IMG/VR virus record: IMGVR_UViG_3300010398_000010
Location: 1 to 64,000 of that record
Source: a virus
Taxonomy: Duplodnaviria > Caudoviricetes
Length of the DNA stretch: 64,000 nucleotides
Strand: one strand, 5' to 3'
Positions 33,901 through 42,790 of the stretch are shown here, in pieces; within the stretch, counting starts at the first letter, position 1, and each line of letters starts with the position of its first letter. The notes beneath the pieces are model-generated. The model had not been told where the DNA came from. It saw only the letters and a program-made list of their open reading frames with translations, and made no database searches. The position numbers and the translations under genes were made by a program.

Positions 33901-34375
33901 CGCGATAGCGATGGCCGAATCCGGTGGCCGGTCCAACGCGGTCGGTCCGATGACCCCGTTCGGGCAGGCCAAAGGCTTGTGGCAGATCCTCGGCCAGCTT
34001 GTGAGAGGCAACATTTTCGACCCGCTGGTCAACGCGCGCAACGCCCGCGCGAAGTACCTGACGCAAGGACTCGGCGCGTGGGAGGCGTACACCAACGGCA
34101 GCTACCGGCAGTTCATGGCCGGTGGCGGGGCGATCACCGAACCGGTCGCCGGGGTCGGGCTCAAGACCGGCGCTGAGTACATGCTCGGTGAGGCCGGCAC
34201 CGAATACGTGTCCAGCCAAGCCGACCTCAAGGACGTGGCCGCGGCGCTGCGCGCGGTGCTGGCTGAGCTTCGCGCTATCCGCCAGCTGACACATCAGCAG
34301 CCCGTCCGCACCGGCCGCGCCGTTGGTGAAGCACTCAACGGAGGCGCCCGCCGCGCCGCGACGCTGGGGGGCTGA
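30935..34375 (+). CDS. tape measure protein with C-terminal NlpC/P60 and lytic transglycosylase-like domains
   Basis: 1146 aa, Ala-rich helical; PYVWGG...DCSG...GHVAL; IAMAESGG...GLWQI...DPLVNARNA. Confidence 0.92.
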   Translation: MPTILRYLITGDDVTGSKAFDNFRRTVERTDGAVQRQNKTLKQQDSLLKQHGKALQQAGKQTALFASHVTGAGDAFTIFSRKASMATRVMAGLNLATGLAEPLVSSLVVAMGGLAAATAAAGAGLAAYGIALKPLLGQVSDLNKAQAAAAKGSQAAKDQYAKLLKQTPPLVRKFAKEVRDAQTAYKKWADSLAGPVLAPLQIALANIKPALKAIRPLVVAAGDAFTVLMTQLDHKIQGGGIERIVTKLLPAVKPVLIDLGHSIANVFAGIWGIIKAFLPFSTTVSGGLVKMTDAFKNWATTLSGHSGFHAIVNQWKQDWPVIKPVLANLFIFLKNIISSLAAMTTPANSKALWMIANPLMAVAVKLSEHPIFVQALTYLLLIGKGAGRIKSVFDAMKTGWGTFSAILNKLTGGKIGTAMVGAGDTMLLASKNMQKAADTMAAASGLAGKAGGAAAGAGAGAAEAAGAGAAAGSAGRGGLWGKMFGRSGIAAGLARAGGVAVIAGLITDMVLKPVLSSVTQNQRAQTTFWDRPFGTGAKGSSAFESWRQLGRTITGVGHQVDPVIAGMNSKLDTLGRPGGVAPRAANELGRVSGQTSRLGGDMRSAAQPVNDLTKKSQALAQQFMSGLGAQLNRLHANTPRVRTDINNLADAIKTTGDKSKATQKDRQQLIHDLEQSGVKSSTAKTLVNHLTTAINNIPNRHSTYLKFGVNVPRGVLAHYPSAADMRAAGFAAGGPVRGPGGPTDDRAGLFPLSNKEWVIRASSATSYGSKAMDAVNKGTASVIYPGMAAGGEVGDLTAASAQKAPGGSYRIGDAPTETFALKLWQVWIDQHSGGMKAVREAMKWIGQVPYVWGGMNVPGGADCSGFVSYVYGKALGILPPRTSEAQYAWVKRTGPQPGGLAFYTNPGGGVPPGHVALVKDANTVISQGGPGKGPIVIGLHGPGPLMGTGIPPGGFSAKGGPGAGTFGESQLASLWMQAGGARNLSHLMAAIAMAESGGRSNAVGPMTPFGQAKGLWQILGQLVRGNIFDPLVNARNARAKYLTQGLGAWEAYTNGSYRQFMAGGGAITEPVAGVGLKTGAEYMLGEAGTEYVSSQADLKDVAAALRAVLAELRAIRQLTHQQPVRTGRAVGEALNGGARRAATLGG

Positions 34376-34378
34376 CGC

Positions 34379-37300
34379 GTGGCTGACTCGCTGGTGATCG
34401 CCGGGCAGATCGAACTACTCGGCGCCGAGGGCGGCATCCCGTCCACGATCCCCATCTGCGCCGGCGCGGCGTTCACGCTGGCACCGTCGTACGACCTCGG
34501 CGCTCCGCAGCCGGTGGTCGAGCTACTAGCGGCCGGCCTGCTCGATGGCGAGCGTCCTATTGGCCGCCGGTCAAGCAACCGGACGATCAGCCTGCCTATC
34601 AAGATCACGGCCCCGGACCGGGACACACTCGCGGCGGCGCGCGAGATCTTGCTCATGCTGGTCGATGAGGACACCTGGCAGTTGGTGTGGACCCGCGACG
34701 GTGGCCCGCCGCTGGTGTTCGACTGCTTCCGCGCCGCGCCCTCGGTGCCGCTCAACGACATCCTGACCGAACAGCAGCTAGTGACCTATGTCACGGTGAG
34801 CTTTCCGGCGCTGCCCTACGGGCGCAACGACGTGGCTGAGCAGATCGTGTTCCCGGTCCCGTCGCAGATCTGGGATCAGCCGACCTCATCGCTGCTGCTC
34901 GACAGCTACGGCACCACGACGAACTTTCTGCGCGGCGACGCCACCGGGTTCGACGCGGGGATCGCCAACTGGGTGCCGGGCACCAACTGCTCGATCGCCC
35001 GGAGCACGGCGCAGTCCCACGGGGCACCGGCCAGCTTGGCGCTCACGTCGGCCGCAGCTGGGAACATGGACGCGCTGCACTGCGCGGCGGCGTCCTATTC
35101 GACGCTGGCGCTGCGGGTCCGCCCGGGGCAGACGGTCAACGTTTCGGGGTGGTTCCGCACTGCGGTCTCGGCGCGGAGCGCGAACGTCGGCGCGCTGTTC
35201 TACGACGCGAACGGAACCCAGGTCGGGGCTCGGCTCGCCGGGTCGAACATCACCGACTCGAGCTCGGCGTGGACTCAGGCGACCGGTGCGCTGACCGCCC
35301 CGGTCGGTGCCGCCTGGGCGATTCTCGATCCGCAGGTCGTCTCAACTGGGGCGGCCAATGAGGTGCACTACTTCGATGACGGGGACATCGACACCGGCCC
35401 CGTGCAGACCGCCGTCGACAACCACCAATGGTTCCAATCGAACGTGACGCCGGTCACCGGGCAGCACTCCGCGAAGTGGGCCAGGACCGCGCAGGACTAC
35501 CCCGTCTACGACAGCTACCTGCCCGCTGCGGTCGATATCTCGCTGCGGCCCAAGGCGACGATCTGGCTGGGGCTCGCCACGACCGCAGCGCAGTGGGGGA
35601 ACTGGCACAAGGGCACGGTGCACGTCCGGCTCGACCTTTACGACACGTCGGGGAACTCGATCTCGCAGTCGGGGCGGCTGTACTGCCGCGCCGGGGCGAT
35701 TGAGTCGCAGCCGCATTGGCAGCGGATCGGGATCCACCTCAGCCAGGTCAACTACGGGTTCGACTACACCAACGTGATCCGCTACGTGGTCAGCGTGTGG
35801 AACACGATGGACTCATCGGTGGTCGGCCTATCGGGGACCAAGGGCCAGCCGGTGTTGCAGGCGTCGGCGTATCTGGCGACGCTGACCGCGACCGCGACCG
35901 CGACGAACGTGGCGCTGACGCGGGGGATCTTCGCGGAAATGCCGGGGGTCATCGGCGCGGCCCGCGCGGAACTGGCGCTCCAAGCGCAGCCCGGTCCCTC
36001 GGCGTTTTCCACGGTTACCGAATTCACCACTCCCGGCAGCAACGCGTGGTCGGCACCGGCTGGGGTCACCCAGGTCGATAAGGCCGAATGCTGGGGCGCT
36101 GGTGGCGGTGGTGCCGGGAAGGGGACCGGTGGCTCCGGGCCGGCGATCGGCGGCGGCGGCGGTGGCGCAGGTGAGTATTCCGCTGAGTACAAGATCCCCG
36201 TGACCCCACTGTCGAGCTACCCGGCGACGGTCGGTGCCGCTGGCAACGGCGGGTCATCCACGAACCCCGGCAGCAGCGGCGGCGACTCATTCTGGTCGGG
36301 GCAGTCCGGTCCCCAGGTCCGCGCCAACGGCGGGATGGGCGGATGGGCCGGCGTGACGTGGGGCGGGGGCAAGGGCGGCACCGGGTCCAGCAATGCGGTG
36401 CGCTACCCCGGCGGGAACGGCCATCAGTCCAATGCCAACGGGGACAACTTTGGCGGCGGCGGCGGAAGCTCGGGCGGGACCGGCTCAGCTGGGCACAGTG
36501 GCGACAACGACACCCGCAACGGCGGCTCGGCGGTGACCGGCGGCGGGCCTGGCGGCTCGGGCGGGAACTGGGATGGGACGCCCGTCGCGAACGGTCAGCC
36601 GCCGAACAAGGGGCCGGGCGGCGGCGGCGGCGGCGGCAGCCAAAAGGCGGGAGCGTCGGGCGGTAACGGGTTCAACGGCAAGGTCCGGCTGACCTACGGC
36701 GCGACCGGGATCCTGCCCCTGGCGTCGCTGCTTGTGCACGCCCCGGGCCGGGACGCTCCCCCGACCTATCAGCCGATATGCGCGGTCGGGAACGGTGCCG
36801 ACACGCCCAACGGGGCGACCGAATATCTGGTGCCGCCGCCGACCGGGGTCAACCTCAACGCGAGGTTCAACGGGACGCACGTCGTCTACCTGATCGCCGG
36901 GACGTGGAACACGCCGGCCAACTCGCGGACCCTCACGGTGCAGCTGCGGCAGTACCCCTACTCGGGTGGCGCGGTCGCCTCGGTCAACCTGACCCGCACG
37001 GTGACGCCGAACGCGGACATCACCAACGGCTACGTCGACATGGGCGCGGTCACGCTGCCGATCAACGCGATCCCGTCGGGCTCGGTCTCGGCGTATTTCG
37101 GGCTCACCGTCACATCGAGCAACACCGCCGATCGGTTTCTCGACTGTTTGATCATGGATGTCACCGGGTCGCTGGTGCTCATGAACCAAGCGGGCTCAAG
37201 CGTGCTGCAAAACGTGTGGCTTGACCCGCCCGACACCAACCACCCGCTCGGGCTGGTCTCCGGGTCGAACACCGACCGGGATCAGGCGTACTCGCTGACC

Positions 37301-37447
37301 CAGTCGATCGAGCGCTACTCCGGGCACCCCATGTCGGTCGATCCACAGATCACCAACCGGTTGCTGGTCTACGCCGCGCAGGGGGTGCCGGGGTTCACCG
37401 CGACGTACCTGCCGCGGTGGTGGATGGACCGGGCGGCTGGCCGATGA
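34379..37447 (+). CDS. minor tail protein: distal-tail-like N-terminus, CBM-like insert, Gly-rich domain
   Basis: NRTISLPIKI; jelly-roll-like VRPGQTVNVSGWFR...WTQATG; ECWGAGGGG Gly-rich region. Confidence 0.8.
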   Translation: MADSLVIAGQIELLGAEGGIPSTIPICAGAAFTLAPSYDLGAPQPVVELLAAGLLDGERPIGRRSSNRTISLPIKITAPDRDTLAAAREILLMLVDEDTWQLVWTRDGGPPLVFDCFRAAPSVPLNDILTEQQLVTYVTVSFPALPYGRNDVAEQIVFPVPSQIWDQPTSSLLLDSYGTTTNFLRGDATGFDAGIANWVPGTNCSIARSTAQSHGAPASLALTSAAAGNMDALHCAAASYSTLALRVRPGQTVNVSGWFRTAVSARSANVGALFYDANGTQVGARLAGSNITDSSSAWTQATGALTAPVGAAWAILDPQVVSTGAANEVHYFDDGDIDTGPVQTAVDNHQWFQSNVTPVTGQHSAKWARTAQDYPVYDSYLPAAVDISLRPKATIWLGLATTAAQWGNWHKGTVHVRLDLYDTSGNSISQSGRLYCRAGAIESQPHWQRIGIHLSQVNYGFDYTNVIRYVVSVWNTMDSSVVGLSGTKGQPVLQASAYLATLTATATATNVALTRGIFAEMPGVIGAARAELALQAQPGPSAFSTVTEFTTPGSNAWSAPAGVTQVDKAECWGAGGGGAGKGTGGSGPAIGGGGGGAGEYSAEYKIPVTPLSSYPATVGAAGNGGSSTNPGSSGGDSFWSGQSGPQVRANGGMGGWAGVTWGGGKGGTGSSNAVRYPGGNGHQSNANGDNFGGGGGSSGGTGSAGHSGDNDTRNGGSAVTGGGPGGSGGNWDGTPVANGQPPNKGPGGGGGGGSQKAGASGGNGFNGKVRLTYGATGILPLASLLVHAPGRDAPPTYQPICAVGNGADTPNGATEYLVPPPTGVNLNARFNGTHVVYLIAGTWNTPANSRTLTVQLRQYPYSGGAVASVNLTRTVTPNADITNGYVDMGAVTLPINAIPSGSVSAYFGLTVTSSNTADRFLDCLIMDVTGSLVLMNQAGSSVLQNVWLDPPDTNHPLGLVSGSNTDRDQAYSLTQSIERYSGHPMSVDPQITNRLLVYAAQGVPGFTATYLPRWWMDRAAGR

Positions 37448-38034
37448 CCAGTGAAAAGGCGTACTCGGTTGAGGCGCGGCTCAACGCCCTGATCGCGGCC
37501 GGGGTGGACTCCACGATCACCGACACCGGGATAACCACCGTCACCCAGGCCACCGACAACCTGCTCAGCGCGTCGTTCACGATCCCCACCGACATCGCCG
37601 GGCCGAACCTCGGCACCGAATATGAACTGGTCGCGTTCGGCTCAGGCACCTGGGGCTCGACACAGCAAGCACTGACGCTCAACCCGCAGCTAGGCGGCAC
37701 GACAGCGGGCAATACGACGGCGATCGGTCAAACACAGTTCAACGCGGGCGCTGGGTTCCGGTGGCAGTTCCGGTTCATCGCGCTCTGCACGGCAACGGGG
37801 GCCGGTGGCGCGTTCGTCATCGGCACGTTCGGCGGCGCGTCGGTCGTGTCTGGCAACATCCTTTCGGGCATCGGCAACAATGCGTCCCTGGGGTTCGCGA
37901 ACGGCTCCACCCCAAGCCAGAGCATTGACACCACGGCACCGTTCACGATGAAGCTCACCGCGTCGTGGGCATCCACCACCGGCTCCCCGTCGATCACCTG
38001 CCGGGGCACCTTGCTACACCGGAGGGGACCATGA
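37444..38034 (+). CDS. minor tail protein
   Basis: 196 aa, beta-rich, coupled. Confidence 0.7.
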   Translation: MTSEKAYSVEARLNALIAAGVDSTITDTGITTVTQATDNLLSASFTIPTDIAGPNLGTEYELVAFGSGTWGSTQQALTLNPQLGGTTAGNTTAIGQTQFNAGAGFRWQFRFIALCTATGAGGAFVIGTFGGASVVSGNILSGIGNNASLGFANGSTPSQSIDTTAPFTMKLTASWASTTGSPSITCRGTLLHRRGP

Positions 38035-38375
38035 CCACAGTGCCGCCGGCCGCCGCGCAAATCGACGCGTGGGTAGATGGGCAGCCGGGTCTGGCGCAGC
38101 TAATCCAGAACGCCGTTCAGCAGCCCGGCCAGCCGGTCACCGCCGTGATCGTCGCGTGGACGCAGAACGACACCACGGCACAGTTCCGCCACATCCCGCG
38201 CCCTGACCAGAACGGCGAATCGGCCGACTTTGTGCGCGGCCTGGTCGCCACCTACGGCGCGGTGACGTTGCGCGCCTACTCGTTCACCTGGGCTCAGCCC
38301 ACCGCCGCGTCCATCGCCTCACCGGCGGGGACACAGACCGCAGTGAACAACCCGGCCAACTGGGTCGTGGCCTGA
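38031..38375 (+). CDS. hypothetical protein in the tail module
   Basis: GGAGG RBS; 114 aa. Confidence 0.65.
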   Translation: MTTVPPAAAQIDAWVDGQPGLAQLIQNAVQQPGQPVTAVIVAWTQNDTTAQFRHIPRPDQNGESADFVRGLVATYGAVTLRAYSFTWAQPTAASIASPAGTQTAVNNPANWVVA

Positions 38376-39526
38376 TGGCGTCGGACCTGACCCAGATCAT
38401 GACCAGCAAGGCGGACGGGTCGGATCAGCGGCTACTGAGCCAAGAGGGGTCGGTCACCGGGCTCAGCTATTCGTTCAGCACGCCGGGCGGCTGCAATCAG
38501 ATGCAGTGCACGCTGGCGGTCTCAGCCGGGTGGCGGGGTAACGCGCTGAACCCCGGCCGGCTGGTGCAGGCGTGGCGCGGCGGCGCGGTCGCCTGGGCGG
38601 GGATCCTCGATGAACCCGTCCCCGGGCAAGACGGGTGGCAGGTCACCGCGCACGGCGCCGGCGCGTTCGGGGATGACTACCTCGCGCTGTGGACTGGCAG
38701 CTGGGGGACCGGCGTCTTTGACAACGCGGTCAACGCCGCCATCGGCCGCGGGCTGCCGTGGGTCAACCCCGGCATCGGCGCACCGTCTGGGATCTGGACG
38801 GGTCAAACCGTCGACTCCGGGGCGCAGACGATCACCGACTTGCTCAATCTTGGCTGCCACAAGGGTGGCCTGACGTGGATGGTCCGCACCGGCCCCGGCG
38901 ACGCCAACACGCTGTCGGTGTTCGCGCTGCCCACCGCGAGCAACCGGTACCTGATCACCGGCGACCCCGCTGGCCGGTCGATCGGGGACGGGCCGACGAC
39001 GCTGTACGTCCGGTATCAGGCGACGTGGGACACCGGCAAGACCGCCGCGACGTTCGCCACGACCTCGGTGACCAACAGCGCGCAGGAGGCCGCGTTCGGC
39101 CGGCGTGAGGACATCATGGACATCAGCAGCGCCGGGGTCTACACCGCAGGCAACGCCCAGGCGGTCGCCAGCCAAGCGCTCAAGCGATACCAGCGGGTCG
39201 CGTTCGCGGACCCGTTCACCGTCCAGCCGGGTGACCTGCTCGCGCTCGGCGGCGAGCCCGTCGACCTTGGCCTGTTCTTCGCTGACGGGTTCACGGCGAT
39301 GGTGTGTGAGCTATGGCTCGCTGATTACCCCTACGGCGGCGAGGTCGCCGGCGGGCCGGTCGTTTTCCTGGTCGGTGAGTACGTCTTTAACGCCGATGGC
39401 ACGGCGACGATCACCCCATTCAACTCGGAGCGGCACGACTGGTCATCAGTCATGGGTGCCGCCGTCGACGCGACCCCCGTACGCGTCAAGCCGCACAAGA
39501 AGCACAAGCGCAAGCACAAGAAATAG
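38375..39526 (+). CDS. minor tail protein (baseplate hub/Tal-like)
   Basis: 383 aa; LSYSFSTPGG, GAVAWAGIL, FGRREDIMD. Confidence 0.75.
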   Translation: MASDLTQIMTSKADGSDQRLLSQEGSVTGLSYSFSTPGGCNQMQCTLAVSAGWRGNALNPGRLVQAWRGGAVAWAGILDEPVPGQDGWQVTAHGAGAFGDDYLALWTGSWGTGVFDNAVNAAIGRGLPWVNPGIGAPSGIWTGQTVDSGAQTITDLLNLGCHKGGLTWMVRTGPGDANTLSVFALPTASNRYLITGDPAGRSIGDGPTTLYVRYQATWDTGKTAATFATTSVTNSAQEAAFGRREDIMDISSAGVYTAGNAQAVASQALKRYQRVAFADPFTVQPGDLLALGGEPVDLGLFFADGFTAMVCELWLADYPYGGEVAGGPVVFLVGEYVFNADGTATITPFNSERHDWSSVMGAAVDATPVRVKPHKKHKRKHKK

Positions 39527-39542
39527 CGACGGGGGGCCGGCC

Positions 39543-39821
39543 GTGACTGATCCCAATCACCGCTATGTGGATTTCGGCCGGTGGGAAGAGGCGCACCGGG
39601 CGCTGACGGAGCGGGTCGCGGACCTTGAGCGCGCAATGATCCCCGGCCTAGAACAGCGGCTCAGCCATCTGGAGAGGGCGGTCGGGGGATGGCAGGAACG
39701 TCAGGATCAGGCGCAGCTGACCCGCCGCACGCGGGCGTGGCAGGTGGCGCTGGCGGTAGTGACCGGGCTGGTGCTGCCGCTGGCGACGATCGGGCTGGTG
39801 GCACTGTTCCACCTCGAATGA
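39543..39821 (+). CDS. coiled-coil protein with C-terminal TM helix (lysis cassette)
   Basis: 92 aa; WQVALAVVTGLVLPLATIGLVALF. Confidence 0.7.
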   Translation: MTDPNHRYVDFGRWEEAHRALTERVADLERAMIPGLEQRLSHLERAVGGWQERQDQAQLTRRTRAWQVALAVVTGLVLPLATIGLVALFHLE

Positions 39822-40048
39822 GGCGGCGATTGTGGCTGGTGCAGGTCACGGTCACGCTGCTGGTGCTGATCGGTGCCGCGTCGGTGATCATCATCGGCGT
39901 GGCCGTCGCGAACCTGTACGACCAGCAGCGCCAAACCGACGTGCGACTGTGCGTCATCGCGCAAGCCGAATGGCGGCAGATCCGCCGCCTCGCCGCCAAC
40001 CAGGGCATCAGCGTGCCGCCGACCCCGCCGCCGTGCCCCAAGCCGTAA
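39818..40048 (+). CDS. membrane protein (lysis cassette)
   Basis: 76 aa; N-terminal TM helix; two Cys. Confidence 0.65.
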   Translation: MRRRLWLVQVTVTLLVLIGAASVIIIGVAVANLYDQQRQTDVRLCVIAQAEWRQIRRLAANQGISVPPTPPPCPKP

Positions 40049-40062
40049 CGAGAGGCAAAGCC

Positions 40063-40995
40063 ATGACCCTGTTTGGTCCCGACGCGTCCTCATTCCAAGG
40101 CGACGTGAACTGGGGTGCCGTCGATAGCTCGATGGCGTTCGGGTTTGAAAAGGTCACCCAAGGCACGGGCTACATCAACCCGCGCTGGCAGCCAGAGAAG
40201 CCGGAAATGCTCGCGCGAGCCCGCGCTACCGGGTTCGTGCCCGGCGCGTACCTGTTCCTTGAGCAGGGCAACGGCTCCGGGCAGGCCGACTTTTTCCACC
40301 GGGTCGCCGGCGACCTCACCGGGTTCGCCCTGGCCGTGGACATTGAGCCCTCGACTTCGCGGCCGGACATGGTGACGGCCCGCTCATGCGTGTCGCGGCT
40401 GCGCCACCTGTACCCCGGAAAGCCGGTCATCGGCTACATCCCGCGCTGGTACTGGGGCAATCAGGACACGACTTTCGTGGATGTGCTCTGGGCGTCCAAC
40501 TACGTCGTGCCCGGCCCAGCCGGTGCCGCCGCCTTGTATGGCCACGTCGTGCCCGCGCAATGGGCACCGTACGGCGGCCGGGCCGTGTCGCTGTTGCAGT
40601 TCACCGACAAGGCGATCATCGCCGGGGTCGCCGGGCCGTGTGACTGCTCGGCGTTCCGCGGCACAGTCCCCCAGCTGCGGGGGCTGCTGATGGCTGGCGT
40701 CGGCCAGCCACCAACAAGTGAAGGGGAGACCGACATGCACCCGCATTTCCTCAACAAGGGCAAGGGCGCCGTCACCCCGGTCGCGCTGATCGAGGCGTTC
40801 GACCGGCTGCTGTTCTTTTCCAACCAGCCGGCGGTCGTCCGCGTGGACTGGGTCGGCGTCGATGCCAAGACGGCCGAGGTGCCCCTCGGCTACGACAAGG
40901 GGCGGCAGTCCGCCGCGATCCCGCCGAAAGCTCACGCCGCCGTGGTGCGCCGCGTCGATGACGGCGACAACGACGTGTCGATGCTGATCACCTGA
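40063..40995 (+). CDS. endolysin, GH25 muramidase
   Basis: PDASSFQGDVNW, EKVTQG, GAYLF, LAVDIE, LLQFT. Confidence 0.9.
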   Translation: MTLFGPDASSFQGDVNWGAVDSSMAFGFEKVTQGTGYINPRWQPEKPEMLARARATGFVPGAYLFLEQGNGSGQADFFHRVAGDLTGFALAVDIEPSTSRPDMVTARSCVSRLRHLYPGKPVIGYIPRWYWGNQDTTFVDVLWASNYVVPGPAGAAALYGHVVPAQWAPYGGRAVSLLQFTDKAIIAGVAGPCDCSAFRGTVPQLRGLLMAGVGQPPTSEGETDMHPHFLNKGKGAVTPVALIEAFDRLLFFSNQPAVVRVDWVGVDAKTAEVPLGYDKGRQSAAIPPKAHAAVVRRVDDGDNDVSMLIT

Positions 40996-41309
40996 TGGCC
41001 GGTGGCCCGATTGAGCAAAAGGCGGCGGCTGGCCCGGCCGCGACTTTGATAGCGGGCTACCTCTCGGCGGTGCTGGTCGAGGCGGTGCCGTGGCTGCACG
41101 ACCACCTCACCCCCGACCAGCGGCAGAACTTGCCGGTCATCATCGCGTTCGCGCTGTCCGCGCTGGCGGCGTGGCTCGCGCCGCACACCCACCGGCCCGA
41201 CCTCGCCCCAGGCGACCCGGACACGGGGCAGGTGCAGGTCACCTACACCCCGCCGCAGATCGGCCCGCAGACGATCACCACGACGGGGCAGCGGGGCCGG
41301 CACGAGTGA
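40995..41309 (+). CDS. holin (putative)
   Basis: 104 aa, two TM helices, ends AAWLAPHT; directly after the endolysin. Confidence 0.75.
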   Translation: MAGGPIEQKAAAGPAATLIAGYLSAVLVEAVPWLHDHLTPDQRQNLPVIIAFALSALAAWLAPHTHRPDLAPGDPDTGQVQVTYTPPQIGPQTITTTGQRGRHE

Positions 41310-42790
41310 TGGACTCGACCAATGGGCACCATCCCCGTCGATCTGTGGGCGCACGCGCTGCCGAGGCTGCTCGCGGTCAGCTACGGAGCGGCGATGCTGG
41401 CGGCGCTGGCGATCCGCCTGCTGTGGCGCCGCCGCCGCTCGCATCTGTCATACCGATCCGCCCGGGCGGGCAGGCACGCCCGGTCACCCCTGAAATCAGG
41501 TACCGGCCCCGGCGCTGGCTGATCACCATCCCGCTGCTGCTGCTCGGCTGCGCGAGCGTGATCTTGCATCAGCGGCTCATCCGCGCTGAGCACATCCCCC
41601 CAGCTGCGGCGGTCGTGTGGGCATTAGCGCTGTCCGCCGTGACCGCGCAGGTCGTCATGGCGTGGCTCGGCCGCCCCTACACCGCCGACCCGCCGGCCGG
41701 GCTGCGGGTGTGCGTGATCGTCCCCTGCTATAACGAGGACCCGGCGTACTTGCGGCGCGTGCTCGACTCGCTGCGCTGCCAGACCCGCAAGGCCGACCGG
41801 GTCATCGTTTGCGACGACGGGTCCAAGGTGTCCTACGCCGGGATCCCGGAGGCATACCCCGAAGTCACGTTCCTGCGGCAGGACAACGCGGGCAAGAAAC
41901 ACGCGCAGGCGGCGTGCTGGCGGGCCGACTGGGACGCGGACATTTACTGCAACATCGACAGCGATTCCGCGCTTGAGCCCCGCGCGCTTGAGCAGGGCTT
42001 GCGCCCGTTCGCTGACCCGCGCGTGCAGGCGGTCGCCGGGGTCGAGTGGGCCAGCAACTACAGCCAGAACATCCTGACCCGGTCGATGGGCGCGCGGTCG
42101 CTCGCGTTCCAACTGTTCGCGATGTCCAGCCAGAGCACCGCCCGGGGCAACGTGCTGATCGCCCCCGGCGCGTTCAGTCTCTACCGCGGGCCGATGATCC
42201 GCGAGTGCGTCGACGCCTACCTCGGTGAGACGTTCGCCGGGATCCCCGTCACGCTAGGCGACGACACGATGCTGACCTTTTTCGCGCTGATGCGCGGGCG
42301 GGTCGTGCAGCAGCCAACCGCCGTCGCGTTCCCGGCCTACCCGGAGAAGATCAGCCACCACCTGCGGCAGTGGGTCCGGTGGATGCGCGCCTCAACGATC
42401 CGGCAGATCTGGCGACTCAGGTATCTGCCGATCGCCAGTTACGGATGGTGGTTCTCGGTCTGGCAGCTGGGCGCGTTCACCGCCGGCGTCGCCGCGTCCG
42501 CGCTCGTTCTCGCGGCGTGGCCCGCCTCCGGGCAGCTGCTCATAGGATCGCTGGCGGGCCTGTTCATGTGGCCGCTGATCCTCGCTACGCGGCTCGCGTG
42601 CCTTTCGCGTTCGGATCTGTCGGCCTGGTCAATCCTCGGCGGCGTGCTGCTCATGCCGCTCGCCGGGCTCTGGTACCTGGTCGTGCTCCGTCAGATCCGG
42701 CTGTACGGCATCGCGACGTGCACACGCCAAGGCTGGGTCACCCGCAAGAAAGTCGAGGTCCGGTTGCATGACGCGCAACCCCCGTCATAG
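41309..42790 (+). CDS. processive membrane GT2 (hyaluronan/chitin synthase, NodC-like)
   Basis: VIVPCYNE, CDDGS, GKKHAQ, NIDSDS, GAFSLYR, LGDD, LRQWVRW (QxxRW); N- and C-terminal TM helices. Confidence 0.9.
   Translation: MDSTNGHHPRRSVGARAAEAARGQLRSGDAGGAGDPPAVAPPPLASVIPIRPGGQARPVTPEIRYRPRRWLITIPLLLLGCASVILHQRLIRAEHIPPAAAVVWALALSAVTAQVVMAWLGRPYTADPPAGLRVCVIVPCYNEDPAYLRRVLDSLRCQTRKADRVIVCDDGSKVSYAGIPEAYPEVTFLRQDNAGKKHAQAACWRADWDADIYCNIDSDSALEPRALEQGLRPFADPRVQAVAGVEWASNYSQNILTRSMGARSLAFQLFAMSSQSTARGNVLIAPGAFSLYRGPMIRECVDAYLGETFAGIPVTLGDDTMLTFFALMRGRVVQQPTAVAFPAYPEKISHHLRQWVRWMRASTIRQIWRLRYLPIASYGWWFSVWQLGAFTAGVAASALVLAAWPASGQLLIGSLAGLFMWPLILATRLACLSRSDLSAWSILGGVLLMPLAGLWYLVVLRQIRLYGIATCTRQGWVTRKKVEVRLHDAQPPS

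Noticed and set aside
36090-36690. Gly-rich stretch as a collagen-like triple helix
   Set aside because: Runs of GGG/GGxG rather than a strict Gly-X-Y period; typical Gly-rich tail domain.
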